From Octopus sinensis (Eukaryota), in contig NC_043005.1 in assembly GCF_006345805.1 (NCBI RefSeq), positions 51,336,001 through 51,400,000 on the forward strand: a stretch of DNA of 64,000 nucleotides, given 5' to 3'. Positions 25,977 through 37,529 of this stretch are shown in pieces; positions within the stretch are counted from its first letter, which is position 1, and the number at the start of each line of letters is the position of its first letter. Both the position numbers and the translations under genes were made by a program. Below the pieces are notes generated by a model. It did not search any database. It was not told the origin of the DNA and was given only the letters and a program-made list of their open reading frames with translations.

Positions 25977-26545
25977 CAGAGGATTGGACAAAATGGAAAC
26001 AACTGAAAAGTTCAAACAAATTTATTTTAATATGGAGTAGGACCGCATTTGGCAGTAATTACAGCTTGAATTCTACGAGGTATGGACTCGTACAAAGTTT
26101 GAATTGTTTCCAAAGGAATTTTTGTCCATTCTTCAGCTAAAACAGTCTCCCGTTCTTGTAGTGATGATGGTGGAGGATATCGACTCCTTACTTGTTTTTC
26201 TAAAATGCGCTGTAAATGTTCAATAATATTGAGTTCTGAGGACAGCAGTGGCCAGATAAGATGTTCAACTCTACTAGAATGTTCCTCGTGCCGTTCAATA
26301 ACAACTTTTGCTGTGTGAATTGGTGCATTGTCATCCTGAAAGATTGCGTTTCCCACTCGAAACAGTTCCGCAACCATAGGATGAATTTGATAAGATAAAA
26401 TGCTTAAATAGTCTTGACTATTAATTATGCCATGAAGGGAAACCATTGGGCCGCTGGATTTCCAAGATATAGCCCCCCCACCGATCATCACAGATCCTCC
26501 TCCATGTTTAACAGTTGCAAGAAGGCAATCTGGGTGTGAGAGTCT
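25977..26545 (-). mobile_element. Tc1-like transposon, 3' part with one TIR
   Basis: PDCLLATVKHGGGSVM, FQDDNAPIH, WP..SSELNIIEH (DD34E), RRIQAVITAKCGPTPY*; TIR-like CAGAGGATTGGACAAAATGGAAAC at 25977. Confidence 0.9.
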
Positions 26546-26798
26546 GTCTCCTCCAATTTAGATTCCTAACTACTCCCACACCAAAAGCGGGTATCTTATA
26601 GTCGGGATTCATATCGATCCCTTCTGGGTATTAGCGCGCGTCTACGATGAGTCTACGATTTAAAAAAGACATTTACCATAATTTTTTGGCATTTTTAATG
26701 CATTCTTTACTCGGTTTATATAAGGGAAGTGACTCTCTAAAAATGCTTATATAGTTATTTCCCTTACAAACCCGAGCAACGCCGGCCGATACTGCTCG
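26546..26798 (+). mobile_element. Non-autonomous Helitron-like fragment
   Basis: 3' end AAACCCGAGCAACGCCGGCCGATACTGCTCGT is a degenerate match to the hairpin plus CTAG end of the 48.1 kb element. Confidence 0.55.
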
Positions 26799-26806
26799 TA
26801 TATATA

Positions 26807-26865
<59 letters not shown>

Positions 26866-27999
26866 TGTACATACATGTACAAACATTCACACGCATATAT
26901 AGATGTAAATATATACTTACACAACACACACAAACGCACAAGACGCAGGGTGGCTGTATAGTAAGAAATTTGCTTCCCAACCACATGATTCCGTGTGTCA
27001 GTGATTAAATCTTAATTGTAAAGAACAAATAATCAATGCTTGAGTGCTTTGTATCTACTTTGTATCCATCCATTTGTGAAAATCTCCTCCAGTGTTAATA
27101 AATGTAAACAATTTGTGAAAAAAGAGCGAGAAAACATAAAGCATCAAACTCTCACGTTGCAACCACCGGAAACTGAAATATAACAACGTTTGAAATAGAA
27201 TGAAAATAGCAACCATATTGTTGGTGAATATAATATAGATTCTGTAACATTTTATGACGTTAGAGAACAAAGGGACAAGTTGAAGCAATTTATATCTGAT
27301 TTATACATAGGTAAGTAAAGTTGATGTGCGGCAAATATTAAAGAGAAATCAATGCTTTCAAGTACTAGAAGCAGTGTTCAGCAGTTTAGTGCAAATCGAT
27401 CCGAAAGTATACCGATTTCAGGTCCAATGAATATTGGAAACGCCAAGCAATTACGCGGGAGTACAAGAGAGGCTTGTCTTTACAGTTGAATGGTTTAGAA
27501 GGATATCCGTAAACTTAGTCCTGCAAAAAAACAAGTCGGCTGCTAAAAAAATACAGTTACATATTTAATGACTGGTCTTTAAAAGATGTAATTTTGCTGA
27601 GTTTTTTTTTTTTTTAAGATTGCGCTTAGATACAGTAGCATATTTGGTAATCCAGTATTACCTGGGTTTCAAGAGTGTCTGATGAGTAGCATATATATAT
27701 ATGCATATATAAGGCGGCAAGCCGGCAGACATGATTAGCAGCATTTCGCCCGGCTTTATGTTCTGGTTCAAATTATGTTCTGAGTTCAAATTCGGCCTGT
27801 AACTAAGACCTAATCAGAAACACGAGTGGTACTCGTGATGTACACGCGTTCATCATGGTAATCCAATGATGCTCAGATGTCTCTGTATGTTGATCTCAAT
27901 TATATCATCTACTCGAAGTTCTACGGTGATGGAAAAGTGGCGACGTGTGAAGCCCTAATCAGTTGCCATAGCAAATTACAACTTTCACCTTTCACCAAT

Positions 28000-29490
28000 G
28001 CTCTAAGCTGTGCAGATCTCTGCTACGGGACTGAATAGTCACCTTAGAAGATATGGACGGCAAATCAGGAATGTTATTGATAAGGAGGTAGCTCAGGGAG
28101 ATGGTAATCTCGTGGTGTCAAACATGCAACCGTATGGTTACTGTTTGACAACGGGGAAAAGGCTCGCCAGTTTGCGAGTCAGCCTCTAAAAGGCAAGGAA
28201 ATTCTGTTTCTCCCGTCATATTGTGGAAGAAAATTAATACGAGCCTGGGAATGTGGGCTGCCCCCGGGCACCGAAGCGGATTGGATTGAAGATACCATCC
28301 GACGGGGACTGGGGGATGGCGGGCCCAGGCTCTTAAATGAAAGGGTATTGCCAGCGGTCGATTGGGAAGGGTCAAAAGCGATTTTGACCTTGTGGACCCC
28401 ATCGGCCGCAACAGAGCTGGTTTTTCCAGATTTCTTGAAAATGGCTGGCTGCAGGTATCCGGTGATACTTGAGGGACGTCCCCCAAAGTGTCACTCGTGC
28501 CTGCAGCCAGGCTACATTAAAAGGAACTGCCCCCAGGACCATGGTATGGTCCTGGAACAGTCACTAGATGCCACCTCCCCTACCCGGTCAAAGGGAGAGG
28601 TGGATATGGTCGAGGAGGCTTCAGCCTCCTCAACTCAAAAAGGATTAAAAAGAAAGAAAGTGGGCAACAATAGTCGCCCGCCGAAGGAACCTAAGGCTTC
28701 GGGAGGCGGGGGAGAGTCTCCGGACAAAACGGAAGAGCTCCACTCTCCCGAAGCCAGGAAGAAAAGAAAAAAAAGAAGGAAGAAGAACGGGTCATCTCAG
28801 CGGGGAGATGATGTGCTGACTGCATGTCCCGAAGTTGTGCCACCCACGGTGGAAGAAACCACCCCCACCCTTAAAGATGATCAATTAATTATCTTTTTCT
28901 ACAAGGGCGGGGAGGTGGAAAAAATAGTAGAAGAACATAAAGAAACAGTAGATATGCCCTTCACACGGGATCCCGAATGGCCTCCGCAGATAGCTGTGGA
29001 GGTCATAAGGTTTCCCTTGTGGGAAAGGCTTAAAGGATTTGGGGAGGAGTGTCGCATATGGCTGGGTGGCCCTTACACGACTTACATGTCCTACTTGAGG
29101 GACGCATGGGAAATGGTGGGATACAGGAACTCAAGCGGCATTGAAGATAATAATGAATATATCGAAGAGTAGGAGGTGAAAGACCCTCATTACAGGGATT
29201 GAAACCTCACCTTATTGGATTATTTTGTAGTGGTTTATAACCTCAATTTTGTGTTTTAAGAAAGAAAAAAAATATGTTAAGTAAGAGGTTTTAGTGCCTC
29301 CTTCTTGTAAGAGGTTTGAAACCTTATATTGATTTTTTTTTAAAAAAAAGAAAATATGTTTTCGAGAAAAATCCAATCGGCGGGTGTTGGGTTTCGTTTT
29401 TATTCATTATATTTCATTTTCATTCATTAATGTGTTTGTCCAGCCCGCAAAGCTCTTTGTACTGTCTATATGACAAATTTATGAAATAAA
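28000..29490 (+). mobile_element. ORF1-only Tx1/L1-like retroelement
   Basis: ORF1 followed by about 320 bp AT-rich 3' UTR ending GAAATAAA; no EN/RT; 5' boundary not resolved. Confidence 0.6.
28108..29172 (+). CDS. Tx1/L1-type ORF1 (gag-like, zinc knuckle); open frame 354 codons, annotated from TTG 28348
   Basis: FPDFLKMAGCRYPVILEGRPPKCHSCLQPGYIKRNC is a CCHC knuckle with H to Y. Basic NLS-like runs; frame stays open upstream to a stop at 28105-28107; no ATG near its 5' end. Confidence 0.7.
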   Translation, partial: SRGVKHATVWLLFDNGEKARQFASQPLKGKEILFLPSYCGRKLIRAWECGLPPGTEADWIEDTIRRGLGDGGPRLLNERVLPAVDWEGSKAILTLWTPSAATELVFPDFLKMAGCRYPVILEGRPPKCHSCLQPGYIKRNCPQDHGMVLEQSLDATSPTRSKGEVDMVEEASASSTQKGLKRKKVGNNSRPPKEPKASGGGGESPDKTEELHSPEARKKRKKRRKKNGSSQRGDDVLTACPEVVPPTVEETTPTLKDDQLIIFFYKGGEVEKIVEEHKETVDMPFTRDPEWPPQIAVEVIRFPLWERLKGFGEECRIWLGGPYTTYMSYLRDAWEMVGYRNSSGIEDNNEYIEE

Positions 29491-29860
29491 GTAGCTTGCT
29501 TACCAACCACATGGTTCCGGGTTCAGTCCCAGTGCGTGACATCTTGGGCAAGTGTCTTCTACTATAGCCTCGGGTTGACCAAAGCCTTGTGAGTAGATTT
29601 GGTAGACAGAAACTGAAAGAAGCTCGTCGTATATATGTATATATATATGTGTGTGTGTGTGTTTGTCCCCCTACCATTGCTTGACAACCGATGCTGGTGT
29701 TTTTATGTCCTCCGTAACTTAGCAGTTCGGCAAAAGAGACCGATACAATAAATACTAGGCTTACAAAGAATAAGCCCTGGGGTCGATTTCCTCGACTAAA
29801 GGCGGTGCTCCAGCATGGCCGCAGTCAAATGACTGAAACAAGTAAAAGAGTAAAAGAGTA
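29491..29860 (+). mobile_element. S1 SINE lacking its first about 25 nt
   Basis: Starts at GTAGCTTGCTTACCAACCAC; complete core, microsatellite and tail. Confidence 0.9.
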
Positions 29861-30027
29861 TATATATTTCGTTATAATTTTGCTTCTTTTTTTAATTGTA
29901 ATAAGTATGTAGTTGAAAAGTTAACGCTCACGCTCATAATACATAGGCACTATATAGATCAATATCGAAGGATCACCATATATGTATGTATGTATATATA
30001 TATATATATATAGGCGAAGGTAAAGAA

Positions 30028-30072
30028 TAGGGTTAGGTTTAAGGTTAGGGTTAAAAGTTAGGGTTAGGGTTA
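30028..30072 (+). repeat. Short degenerate interstitial TTAGGG run
   Basis: TAGGGTTAGGTTTAAGGTTAGGGTTAAAAGTTAGGGTTAGGGTTA. Confidence 0.6.
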
Positions 30073-30160
30073 CACCGAAAACGGTTGGTATGCGTATTCT
30101 TTATCTCCACCATGTATACACACACACACGCACACACACACACATACACATACACGCACA

Positions 30161-30205
<45 letters not shown>

Positions 30206-30641
30206 AGCGATATACCTGTATATAGAGTGAAGAGTTTGATAAATATCTACAGAGAGGGGTAAGTTTACAAGAGAATGGCATAAATGAAAGAGATAAGCAA
30301 AAAGAGAGAGAGAGAGAGAGATTTTCCATTGATGTCATAGATTTTCAAATTTTGAAATCAAGTGAAAATATTCAAATTTGTTATATTGATGTACTTTTTC
30401 ACGCTGAATTTGATTTTGTGATTCATTTATTTCAGAAATAAAAGATTTAGAAAAATGTTAAAGAGGTTCATTCATATAAGTTTTACCCAATCAGAAAACA
30501 GGATTTGGAAGGTAGCATTTTCTGCGTGATAGCTCTCACTTTCATAACACGAAAGTAAACATCACAATGACGATGTTTTAAACAAAATGAAAGCAATTAC
30601 ATGTCATATGAAGAGAGTGTGGGAGAAGCAGTATGTATGGA

Positions 30642-31057
30642 AGGCGGCGAGCTGGCAGAATCGTTAGCACGCCGGGCGAAATGCTTTGCGGTATTTCGTC
30701 TGCCGCTACGTTCTGAGTTCAAATTCCGCCGAGGTCGACTTTGCCTTTCATCCTTTCGGGGTCGATAAATTAAGTACCAGTTACGCACTGGGGTCGATAT
30801 AATCGACTTAATCCGCTTTTCTGTCCTTGTTTGTCCTCTCTGTGTTTAGCCCCTTGTGGATAGTAAAGAAATAGGTATTTCGTCTGCCACTACATTCTGA
30901 GTTCAAATTCCGCCGAGGTCGACTTTGCCTTTCATCCTTTCGCGGTCGATTAAATAAGTACCAGTTACGCACTAGGGTCGATATAATCGACTTAATCCGT
31001 TTGTCTGTCCTTGTTTGTCCCCTCTCTGTTTAGCCCCTTGTGGGCAGTAAAGAAATA
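30642..31057 (+). mobile_element. S2 SINE dimer
   Basis: One head plus two bodies; 15-bp TSD with 1 mismatch, 30624-30638 / 31058-31072. Confidence 0.92.
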
Positions 31058-32143
31058 AGAAGCACTATGTATACGAGATATACATATACAGAGAGAGAAT
31101 GATGAAGAATGTGGTAAATATATAGGGAGAAGAGATGTTGAAGAGAGAGTCTGATAGAGACATATAGAGAGAGAGGGAGATTTGTCGATGTAAAAGTTGA
31201 GTTATTTCTCGTGGCAAATTATATTTTGGGATTAAAAGTAACCTTCCCGTTGAGTCGCAGATTTCGAAAATCAAATCCGTTTTTTTTTTTTCTCGAGAAC
31301 ACACATGCATACACATATACACTCTCATTATTTTGGTACACAGATATATATAAAGCTCAGTGTGTGTGTGTGTGTGTGTGTGTGTATACATACACGCACA
31401 TGCACCACACACACGAGCTTTTGCATTTATCTATTAATTTATTGATACACACACACATAATATGTATGTGTATATTTATGCATGTGAGAGAGAAAGGGAG
31501 AGACATTAAATGTGCAGTCATAACACACACACAAACACACACACACACACACACGCTCCCACGCACGCACGCAAGCACACAAACATTTAACTCGACATCA
31601 CAGCGACTAAGTTAAACGAATTCTGACGAGGACTGGTGGTTAATCGGCCAAAACAGCTGAGATTTTTTCGTAAACGACAATATCTTAAGCACAAGAAAAA
31701 AAAAACAACAAAATTAAATTTAAAAATAAAAACAAGAAAAATAAAATAAATGTAAAATAAAAAGAGAAACTATAAATACATTTCTTTAGAAATGGCTTAG
31801 GTGGCTGGTGAATAGTTCTTTAAATACTTTAAGTGTATCAGAAGTGACTGGGGTTATAAAGACAGACAGGTGACAAATATATAATATGACAACTTACCTC
31901 TGAAGGGAAACTGGAGTAAACTTAGCAGACATAGTTTATATAGTAATGAGGTGTGTGAAATAAGATAGTCCTTATAGAACAACTAGCAGCAGTATGAATC
32001 TCCTGCTGACACTTATATGTGCTGTTGTGATAGAAGTATTAGCTTTCAGTGTTTTACTTAGTTATGCATTTCAGATCTCACCGGGGCCTACTTTATTTTT
32101 CACCCACCCAAGTGTGTTGTGATGTCGGTATAATAAAGTATAA

Positions 32144-32374
32144 GGCGGCGAGCTGGCAGAAACGTTAGCACGCCGGGTGAAATGCTTAGCGGTATTTCGT
32201 CTGACACTACGTTCTCAGTTCAAATTCCGCCGAGGTCGACTTTGCCTTTCATCCTTTCGGGGTCGATTAAATAAGTACCAGTTACGCACTGGGCTCGATA
32301 TAATCGACTTAATCCGTTTGCCTGTCCTTGTTTGTCCTCTCTGTGTTTAGCCCCTTGTGAGTAGTAAAGAAATA
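32144..32374 (+). mobile_element. S2 SINE monomer
   Basis: 14-bp TSD with 1 mismatch, 32127-32140 / 32375-32388. Confidence 0.92.
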
Positions 32375-32714
32375 GGTATAACAAAGTACCGCTCAAGTAC
32401 TAACGTGATGTAATCGATTATTCTGCGATTACCTCATGTCCCCCGTGAAGTTGCAGTACCGGTAGAGTCACTAGGTAAAGAGTTACTAAGTCCAGTATTT
32501 CTTAACCGATTCCTTATGTTCTGAGATCAAATTTACCTCGGTTTCCTTTCTGTTTTTTTTTTTTTGTCCTCGGAGATCGATGAAATAAAGTACCAGTCAA
32601 GTACGGGGATCGATTTAATCAACAGTTCTGGGGTTGAGCTAGAAATTTTGAGGGAGGGCGCAATCGAGGACACTGCAAACAATAAGTAAATGCGATTATA
32701 TAGTTACTCAAAAA

Positions 32715-33230
32715 GGTGGCGAACTGGCACAGTCGTTAGCACGCCGGGCGAAATGCGTAGCCGTATTTCGTCTACCGTTACGTTCTGAGTTCAAATTCAG
32801 CCGAGGTCGACTTTGCCTTTCATCCTTTCGGGGTCGATAAATTAAGTACCAGTTACGCACTGAGGTCGATATTATCGACTTAATCCGTTTGTCTGTCTTT
32901 GTTTGTCTTCTCTGTGTTTAGCCCCTTGTGGGTAGTAAAGAAATAGGTATTTCGTCTGCCGCTACGTTCTGAGTTCAAATTCCGTCGAGATCGACTTTGC
33001 CTTTCATCCTTTCGGTGTCGATAAATTAAGTACCAGTTACGCACTGGGGTCGGTGTAATCGACATAACCCTTTTGTCAGTCCCTTTTTGTCCCCTCTATG
33101 TTTAGCCCCTTGTGGGCAATAAAGAAATAATAAACGTTAGCACGCCGGGTGAAATGCTTAGTGATATTTCGTCTGCCGCTACGTTCTGAGGTCGACTTTG
33201 CCTTTCATCCTTTCGAGGTCGATAAATGAC
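32715..33230 (+). mobile_element. S2 SINE dimer plus partial third copy
   Basis: Junction AAAGAAATAGGTATTTCG at about 32940. Confidence 0.85.
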
Positions 33231-33352
33231 CTTGTGGCAGATAAGAAGTAATTGCTATTTACTGTTCTTCCTGTTCTTGACTTTGTTTTAAATTATCATG
33301 ACTAATTATGGTTAATTACAATATTGTTGCAAATATTGTCGTTTATATTGTT

Positions 33353-33408
33353 GATTGATTGATTTTAGTTTCAGCTCATGAGCTGTGGCCATGCTGGGGC
33401 ACCGCCAT
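33353..33408 (-). mobile_element. About 55-bp 3' stub of the CR1-group LINE family
   Basis: GGCGGTGCCCCAGCATGGCCACAGCTCATGAGCTGAAACTAAAATCAATCAATC. Confidence 0.8.
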
Positions 33409-33455
33409 TGTTGGGGAAATACCTAAGGTACTTTGATGTTTTTTTTATTATTATT

Positions 33456-33530
33456 CAGATCACTGCCTGGAATTGAACTCGGAATCTTGGGGTTACTAGC
33501 CCGTGCTCTTAACCACTACACCATATGCCC
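33456..33530 (-). mobile_element. Short tRNA-derived SINE head
   Basis: A-box TGGTGTAGTGG, B-box GAGTTCAATTCC, (AAT)n tail; acceptor stem not paired. Confidence 0.6.
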
Positions 33531-33706
33531 ATGGTGATTTCAAAACTACATCCTGCTCAAATATTTCTTAATTCTGTAGAAAATTTATAGTAAAGAAATA
33601 GTAAAGATCGATTTTCAGTAATCTTTGAATTCTCGAATTACTGATTTTTCCGAATCAGGGTTGCTCAACACTAAATTAAAGAAATATTGAATTTACTTAA
33701 ATATAA

Positions 33707-34130
33707 CACGCACAGGTGTTGCTGTGTGATAATTCGCTTGCTTTCCAACTAAATGATTCCGTGCTCAGTCCCAGAGCGCAGCACGCAGGACAAGTATCTT
33801 CTACTGTAGTCTTGGGCCGACCAGATTTTTGTGAGTGAATTTGGTGGACGGAAACTGAAAGAAGCCCGTCGTGTATATATATATATATATATATATATAC
33901 ATGTGTGTGTCCGTATTTGTTCCCCATCACCGCTTGACAACTGGTGTTGGTTTGTTTACGTCCCCGTAACGTACCGTTTCAGCAAAAAAAGACCGATAGA
34001 ATAAGTACCAGTATAAGTACAAAAAATAAGTACTGGGATGTAGGAAGAAGCTTTAAACTAAAAGTTCTTCGAGGCGGTGTCCCAGCATGACCGCAATTTA
34101 ACTACTGTGAAACAGATACAAAATAAAAAG
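33707..34130 (+). mobile_element. Degenerate S1 SINE
   Basis: Head, core, microsatellite and tail in order. Confidence 0.75.
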
Positions 34131-35209
34131 ATAATGAAATTAAATGCAGATACCTGTATATTTGTATAAATACAAGTTTATGTTTACTGAACTGTTCAAG
34201 GTACCGTGAAAAAAGGGCCACAAAATAAACTAATCTGTCGGCCGCGGGAATCTGAAGTTCATGCTAACAAAGATTATGAGAGATTCCAGACGGGCTAACG
34301 GTGTCCAGAAAGTCGGTGTTCTTGTATTACTAAAACGCTTTTAGTGTCCTACACCACTGGAATGAAGTACCTTTGAAAGCGAATCGGCAGAATTGCTAGA
34401 ATGTATCGGACAAAAAAAAAAATACATTGCAATACTTGTTCAATTTTGTTTTTTGTTTTTTTAATGTTCTGAGTTCAAATCCTGATAAAATTATCTTTAC
34501 CTTTTATCCTTTGGCGGTCAATAAAATAAAGTATCCATGAATTTCTCTGTTCTGTTAAATTTAATCAACAAATTCCTCATCCATGTTAGGCTTCATTGTT
34601 AGTCTTTACATTTGTTATTATATTTATATTCTGTTTAAAAACTTCTCATTTTACAAGTAAAACAAGTGTACATAAGGTTGTGTGAGTGTTTGAGTGCTTG
34701 TATGCGTCTGTTGTCGTTTTGTCCCCCAACAGCTCTGATCGCGCAAAACTTTTGATCAAAGGCGTTCGCAGCCATTTTCTCTGCACGTAACTTTATTTTG
34801 AATCCTTCCTTTTATTTTCCATTCCTTTTCATTATTATTTTTGTTTCGTTTTTTTTTTTTTTGTTTTTTTTTTTTTTGGTTGTTTGTATATCTAAAAATT
34901 ACGTTGTCCAATATAACGTCCTTCCTGTATTTAGAAGAATATTTTAATTGCTATTTCTGGCAGGTTAAGTGACACATAAATACCTCTGTGTGTGTGTGTG
35001 TATGTGTATGTTGGAAACGAATTGCATCCAATCATTTGAGGCTCCATTTATGCCATTGTCATACGAAGATTATGTGTGCGCATGTGTGTATGTGTATGTT
35101 GGAAACGAATTGCATCCAATCATTTGAGGCTCCATTTATGCCGTTGTCATACGAAGATTATCTAAAGTTCATCTTAGATCTTCTGAGATCTCTTATACTA
35201 AACTCGGTA

Positions 35210-35379
35210 TTTCGTCTGTCGTCACGTTCCGAGTTCAAATTCCGCCGAGGTCGACTTTGCCTTTCATCCTTTCGAGGTCGATAAATTAAGTACCAGTTAC
35301 ACACTGGGGTCGATATAATCGACTTAATCCGTTTGTTTGTCCCGTCTGTGTTTAGCCCCTTGTGGGTAGTAAAGAAATA
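35210..35379 (+). mobile_element. Headless S2 SINE body
   Basis: Perfect 16-bp TSD TATACTAAACTCGGTA, 35194-35209 / 35380-35395. Confidence 0.9.
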
Positions 35380-35629
35380 TATACTAAACTCGGTAGCATA
35401 GCTATCATCATCATCATCATCATCATCATCAACAAGAACAACAACGACAACATCGCGACAATCATCGTTGTTTTGATTTGCTTTTTATATTCATTAAGCA
35501 TCAATCATCAGCCAGTCTGTCTGTGTGTCCATGCCAGTCTTCTATCCGTCTGCTGTCACTCAATAAATATATTTATATCTTCCTTCAATGTCAGTAATGT
35601 ACAGAAGTGTAGAATGTGGATCTGAAACA

Positions 35630-35676
<47 letters not shown>

Positions 35677-35769
35677 ATATATACACACACACACACACAT
35701 ATACACACATACACAAACGCACACACAAACACGCACACAAACACACACACACATAGAGAGAGAGTGGGA

Positions 35770-35803
<34 letters not shown>

Positions 35804-35922
35804 ATGATGCAAATAACCAAATAAAACTGCTTGGATTTATTATACAAAATATATACACATATATAATATATACACATAAATAGAGAGAAATCAAAGACTG
35901 AAAATTTTCCATATCTACTCAC

Positions 35923-36050
35923 CTGGATTCGTCTTAAGACCACTCTTCACCTTGAGGACTTGGTCCTCGATAGAGGTTTCGGAGTATAAGTACAAATCAT
36001 TTGAACGCTACTGTTTTCTACGCTGAGAATCTCTGGATCTCATTTGTTGA
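35923..36050 (-). pseudogene. Exon-like segment E (128 nt) of an unidentified paralogous family
   Basis: TTTATAG acceptor, CAG|GTGAGT donor; 42 codons with one stop ending ...KSGLKTNP; about 70% identical to 62064-62198. Confidence 0.5.
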
Positions 36051-36054
36051 CTAT

Positions 36055-36095
<41 letters not shown>

Positions 36096-36112
36096 ACACA
36101 CACACACACACA

Positions 36113-36343
36113 AGGCGGCGAACTGGCAGAACCGTTAGCACGCCGGGCGAAATGCGTAGCCATATTTCGTCTGCCGTTACGTTCTGAGTTCAAATTCCGC
36201 CGAGGTCGACTTTGCCTTTCATCCTTTCGGGGTCGATAAATTAAGTACCAGTTACGCACTGGGGTCGATATAATCGACTTAATCCGTTTGTCTGTCCTTG
36301 TTTGTCCTCTCTATGTTTAGCCCCTTGTGGGTAATAAAGAAAC
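36113..36343 (+). mobile_element. S2 SINE monomer within (CA)n
   Basis: Full head, core and tail. Confidence 0.9.
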
Positions 36344-36349
36344 ATATAT

Positions 36350-36402
<53 letters not shown>

Positions 36403-37529
36403 TATATCATGCTGACACGCACATACACTCTTACGCGCACACACACACACACATACCCTCTTACGCGCACGCACATGCGCACACGTACGCACAAACACAC
36501 ACATACGCCACGCATATACGCAAACGTTATTATTACTTCATTTGTATTTTGAGTGTGAATTAGAATTTAAATATAGAATCGGAATAGTATACATGAAAAG
36601 ATAAACCTACATAATAAATTAAATTAAATTAAATTAAATTATTAGATACAATAATGAAATACATGCATAGGGGGCTCGTTGTGGTATGAAGAGTAACTTG
36701 GTTAACATGCTGTTTACTGTCGATAAAAAAAAAGTGACAGTAAATTGTCCCAAAAAATGAAAGTAAATTGCGATCGAAACCGAAAGCGATGATAGTTTCA
36801 TACCAATCTGTACATAAGTTGAATTATTAGTGGTAAAGTCAAATGGCTCTTCTTGGGACAATGCCACCACTTCCTTCCCATTGGTTCTCTTTCTACAACT
36901 CATTAATCGTGCTGAATTATTGCATTGCTCACATGTGACTATGTTGGCTATCATACATCGACATGTAAACAACAGAATTACCTTCTCTGTAGTGTTTGTT
37001 GTTAGGTATAGGACACTGAAACGGTGTACCTGAACTCACTAGAAGTTACTATACATGTAGAGATACTTGTTGATGTGACTTTGTGGGGGGGGGGAGTTTT
37101 TACGCTCTTTTTCTGAAATTTTTGGATGTCACTATCGTTATTTCTGGTTTCTGTCGCAATTTACTTTCATTTGGAGGGGAGCACATTTTTGCAACGGTAA
37201 ATTGCATGTTAATCAGAACCCATGCCAAAAGGAGCCAATTACGAAGCCTACATGCGGTCATTCGATTTGTTAGAAATAAATACTAGCTGCCAAAAAATGC
37301 CCCCCCCCCCTCAGTCTATATTCTGTCTTAAACTTTTTATTGTGGAAATAAAAAATATCCACCCAAGATTTCATTACTCTTAACTACGGAAAGTAGATTT
37401 ATATACCAATCTGTTTTGTTGTGGTACGTCATGTTTGAAACTATTTTCTCTCAGGATATGTCAAGTTTCTCAATGATGCAAGTGACTTGCAGAAAATACT
37501 AATTTTGATTTAGGTCGATATTTTACTGG

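Noticed and set aside
27650-27690. Minus-strand AACCCAG|GTAAT donor resembling the NP-ending exon family
   Set aside because: Only about 30 bp of unique sequence, with an in-frame stop; too short to separate from chance.
33456-33530. Possible tRNA gene (also 6447-6520, 37530-37605, 58560-58630)
   Set aside because: A and B boxes present but acceptor stems do not pair, and most run into SINE bodies.
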